A DNA stretch of 64,000 nt. It comes from Stegostoma tigrinum. Taxonomy: Eukaryota. The notes under the pieces were generated by a model. The model did no database searches. It had not been told where the DNA came from and saw only the letters and a program-made list of their open reading frames with translations. This document shows, piece after piece, positions 61,251 to 64,000 of this stretch. Within the stretch, counting starts at the first letter, position 1, and each line of letters starts with the position of its first letter. Both the position numbers and the translations under genes were made by a program. Location of the stretch: positions 40,277,989-40,341,988 of the forward strand of contig NC_081373.1 in NCBI RefSeq assembly GCF_030684315.1, written 5' to 3'.

Positions 61251-64000
61251 TATACAATTTGTCTTCTACTACTGAGAGACTATAAATGAGCTTATAAAGA
61301 TTGATTTTAAGAGCTTTGTTTGATCCCTTTAATTGCATTTGAAAAATCTAAGCTTCTACTCTCAGATTTGGTTTATTCCAGCTAATCAAGACTCTATCTC
61401 ATGGAGAGAAAGAGCTAAAGTAATTTAACTAATAACGTAAAACAACTTTCATTCATATAGTACCTTTCACTCAATGACATCCTTTTATGTATTTGCAAGC
61501 AGATGGCAGTGTTGAGAGATGGAGAGTTGAATTTAGAAAGAGAAGATAAAGTTAGTGAAGGCGATTTAAGATACAGCAGAAGAGGTGGATTTGAACATTC
61601 TTTTAAGAAAGACGTTTAGGAAAAGAATTCAAAAACATTGCTTGGGATCATTCATATTTTCAGAAGTGAGATCAATGGATCTTCATTGGGAAAGGCATCA
61701 AAGGATATGTGGCAAAGGCAAATAAACAGTTGAGATATAGATCCACCATAAACCAAACAGCTTAGTCTCAAAAGGCTGAATGACCTATTTGTGTTCCTGA
61801 ATCACTGAAACCTCCACCCCAATGCTGAAAGGAAGAAGTATGTTAGACTGATGCAGAATAGCAATGATTGAGTGAAATTTAATTTTCTGCCCTGCGTTAA
61901 GCTTGTTGTGGTTGAGATTTTTTTTCAAGTGGAGTGAGTGGGAATACAGAGCCTTCCTACCTCCACACTTGATTAAGTCGATGGTGGCAAGGCCCATCAA
62001 TACCCTTCCAGCAATATGGCCAATTGAGGCCCTACATTGGACACTAATTGTCCACTTAAGGGTGTCATCCTCCTGTTAAGTGATATTCACCAAGAGGCAA
62101 GCAGGAGATTTGCCTTTCAGGGAGCATGACAAACAATCCCATGCAGGCTGCATGAGGTGCTCCAGGGGCTTCCCCTTGTGGAACAACACTCAGCCCTTGA
62201 TCAATGTAGCTGGTATTGGTGAACTAGGACTGCACCACTGCCCTTGCCATTCCCTCATTACCCAACAAGTTTAATTGCAGAACCCACCGACCCTTTGCCA
62301 ATATGTAGCCTGGGATCCAGCATTATTCCTAGGCTTCAGAATTTTTGGTATAGCAGCTGTGGCCACTTGTCTCCCAGAGCTACTGCCATTGTTCAATAGA
62401 ACTAGCCACCTCTGGCCAACAAACCTCACATTTCTTCCTGCGGTTCACTTGATCCCAGAGAAGGCCCACTGCTGTCCAGATAAATGTCAGAATGATGGGC
62501 CTTCCCAAAAGGAGTCATACAGGGCTGTCACTAATGAGGCCCCTTTGCCCACATGACATACCATCTGAAGTGATAGGAAAGCTAAATTTTCTGAGTGATG
62601 AGGCTGATGCAGATAGTACAAGTGGAATGGAATGACCCTAAAAAGACTTTTATAAACAAAAATAAAGATCCTGAAGTGATGTTTTAGGAGATGAAATGAG
62701 GGACAGGTATATGGCAAAAACATGAAATATAATAAATGTCGTGGAATCTGAAAGAGTTGGAAATTGTGGGTAAAATTTCCATGGAATGGGAAATCCTGGT
62801 ATTGCACCAAAATCTTTGTGGAAAATCCATGGAAATGCTGCATGGAAGTTGGGAAAATCCCTGTGGAAATGAATGATTTAGGATTCTTCTTCCTGAACAG
62901 CACTTGAGATAAAAGAAAAGAAACAGCTACCAAAAGATGAGCAAAGTACCAAACTGAACTATCTGTTCCACGCAGGTACTTAGTATCTGGAATACTGCTC
63001 AGGTGTCCCAGGCTTATCATGAGGGGATCTCTAATCTTGGTAAAATCTGGCCTCACTGAGCCTTGAATATGAACTCTGTGTATTTGCTACTTCAGTGTAC
63101 AGCCAAAGTATTTGATAACAGAGTTTTCATATTGTCTTGGATCACAGACTGTATCCAAATGGATCTTTTCAGGTTTGGGAAAATATAACTAAGAGAAAGC
63201 TCGACAGTAACAATTTGCTTAAATATGAATGTGTATTAAGTAATAATAAATGATAATCATGGTAATAATAAATGGAAAAGAAAAGAGAAAAAGCAATAAG
63301 TCTCACGCCCTTCTGCCCTTTGGAGACCCCCTAATCCATGGCTTGTCTGGAGGCTTTGGTTCATTCCTGGCACCGTTCATAATTCTGAGCCAAGGCAAAG
63401 TCCAACAACTTGGAACAAAACTCTCTCTCTTTTATACGGTTTAACAAACCAGCAGCACAGAAAACAGTAGATATAATAGACAAAACTGCTGGCCAGTATA
63501 GAAAACACAGCTGCGGAAACAATAAGCTGCAGCTGCCACCTTCGGCCCATAGAGGAATGTTCACGGAACTCATTCAAAGTCGTGCAGCATGTCAAGTATC
63601 ATTCTACCCTTTCCCAGCCTATTTTCCCATCCAGTACATTCTATTTTCCCACGTAGCTGTTGAATATCATCATTTTTTGTCCTTCGGCCCATCCTATACA
63701 CATATCTGAAGTACCACATTACAGGTGTAGAATGCTGAGACATCAGAATTTATAATGATGATGACTTGTCATGATGATGTCAATGTCACGTGATTATGTA
63801 GCGAGATCTTGGAGGAGTAGTCCAGGTCCATGTATGTACTTACATTGTTAACAATAAAGAGTTTTGAGGGAACCATTTGGACACAAAGCCAGACCCCGTA
63901 CACATGATAATACGTGGTAGCAGTGTTGGGAGTTGAATCTTCATCAGTGTCCTTATGCATCCTACAGATATCCTATTTCTCTACCTCAAGGCCTTAGCAT

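Noticed and set aside
62487-63056. 189-aa ORF
   Set aside because: Low-complexity F/H/L-rich antisense of purine-rich DNA (GGAAA-like repeats), with no recognisable domain.
1-64000. CRISPR array or prokaryotic operon
   Set aside because: No regularly spaced repeat-spacer array or gene-dense region. The content is vertebrate-type repeats.

Overview
Eukaryotic, AT-rich, repeat-dense DNA with no recognisable host protein-coding gene. The HE1-like tRNA SINEs, CR1/L2 LINE tails and Deu-domain-like SINE point to a cartilaginous fish (shark/ray); this is an inference. The dominant system is a set of Penelope-like retroelements (PLEs). One near-intact Neptune-type element (52347-57393) encodes RT, a Cys linker and a GIY-YIG endonuclease; its ancestral ORF is 53893-57066 with two nonsense changes. 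It carries minimal hammerhead ribozyme (HHR) motifs in its pseudo-LTRs. About ten derived insertions from at least 3-4 PLE families share one architecture: the 3' terminus occurs at BOTH ends in inverted orientation, the better-preserved ones have 13-15 bp target-site duplications (TSDs), and in the smallest (140-350 bp, MITE-like) copies the fold-back centre lies at the HHR. Also present are a degenerate Gmr1-type Gypsy (integrase before RT), a degenerate Gypsy gag-pol, several PIF/Harbinger fossils, CR1/L2 fragments, SINEs, a perfect 50-bp palindrome and a duplicated 42-nt candidate micro-exon. Boundaries of old repeats are approximate and were read by eye.
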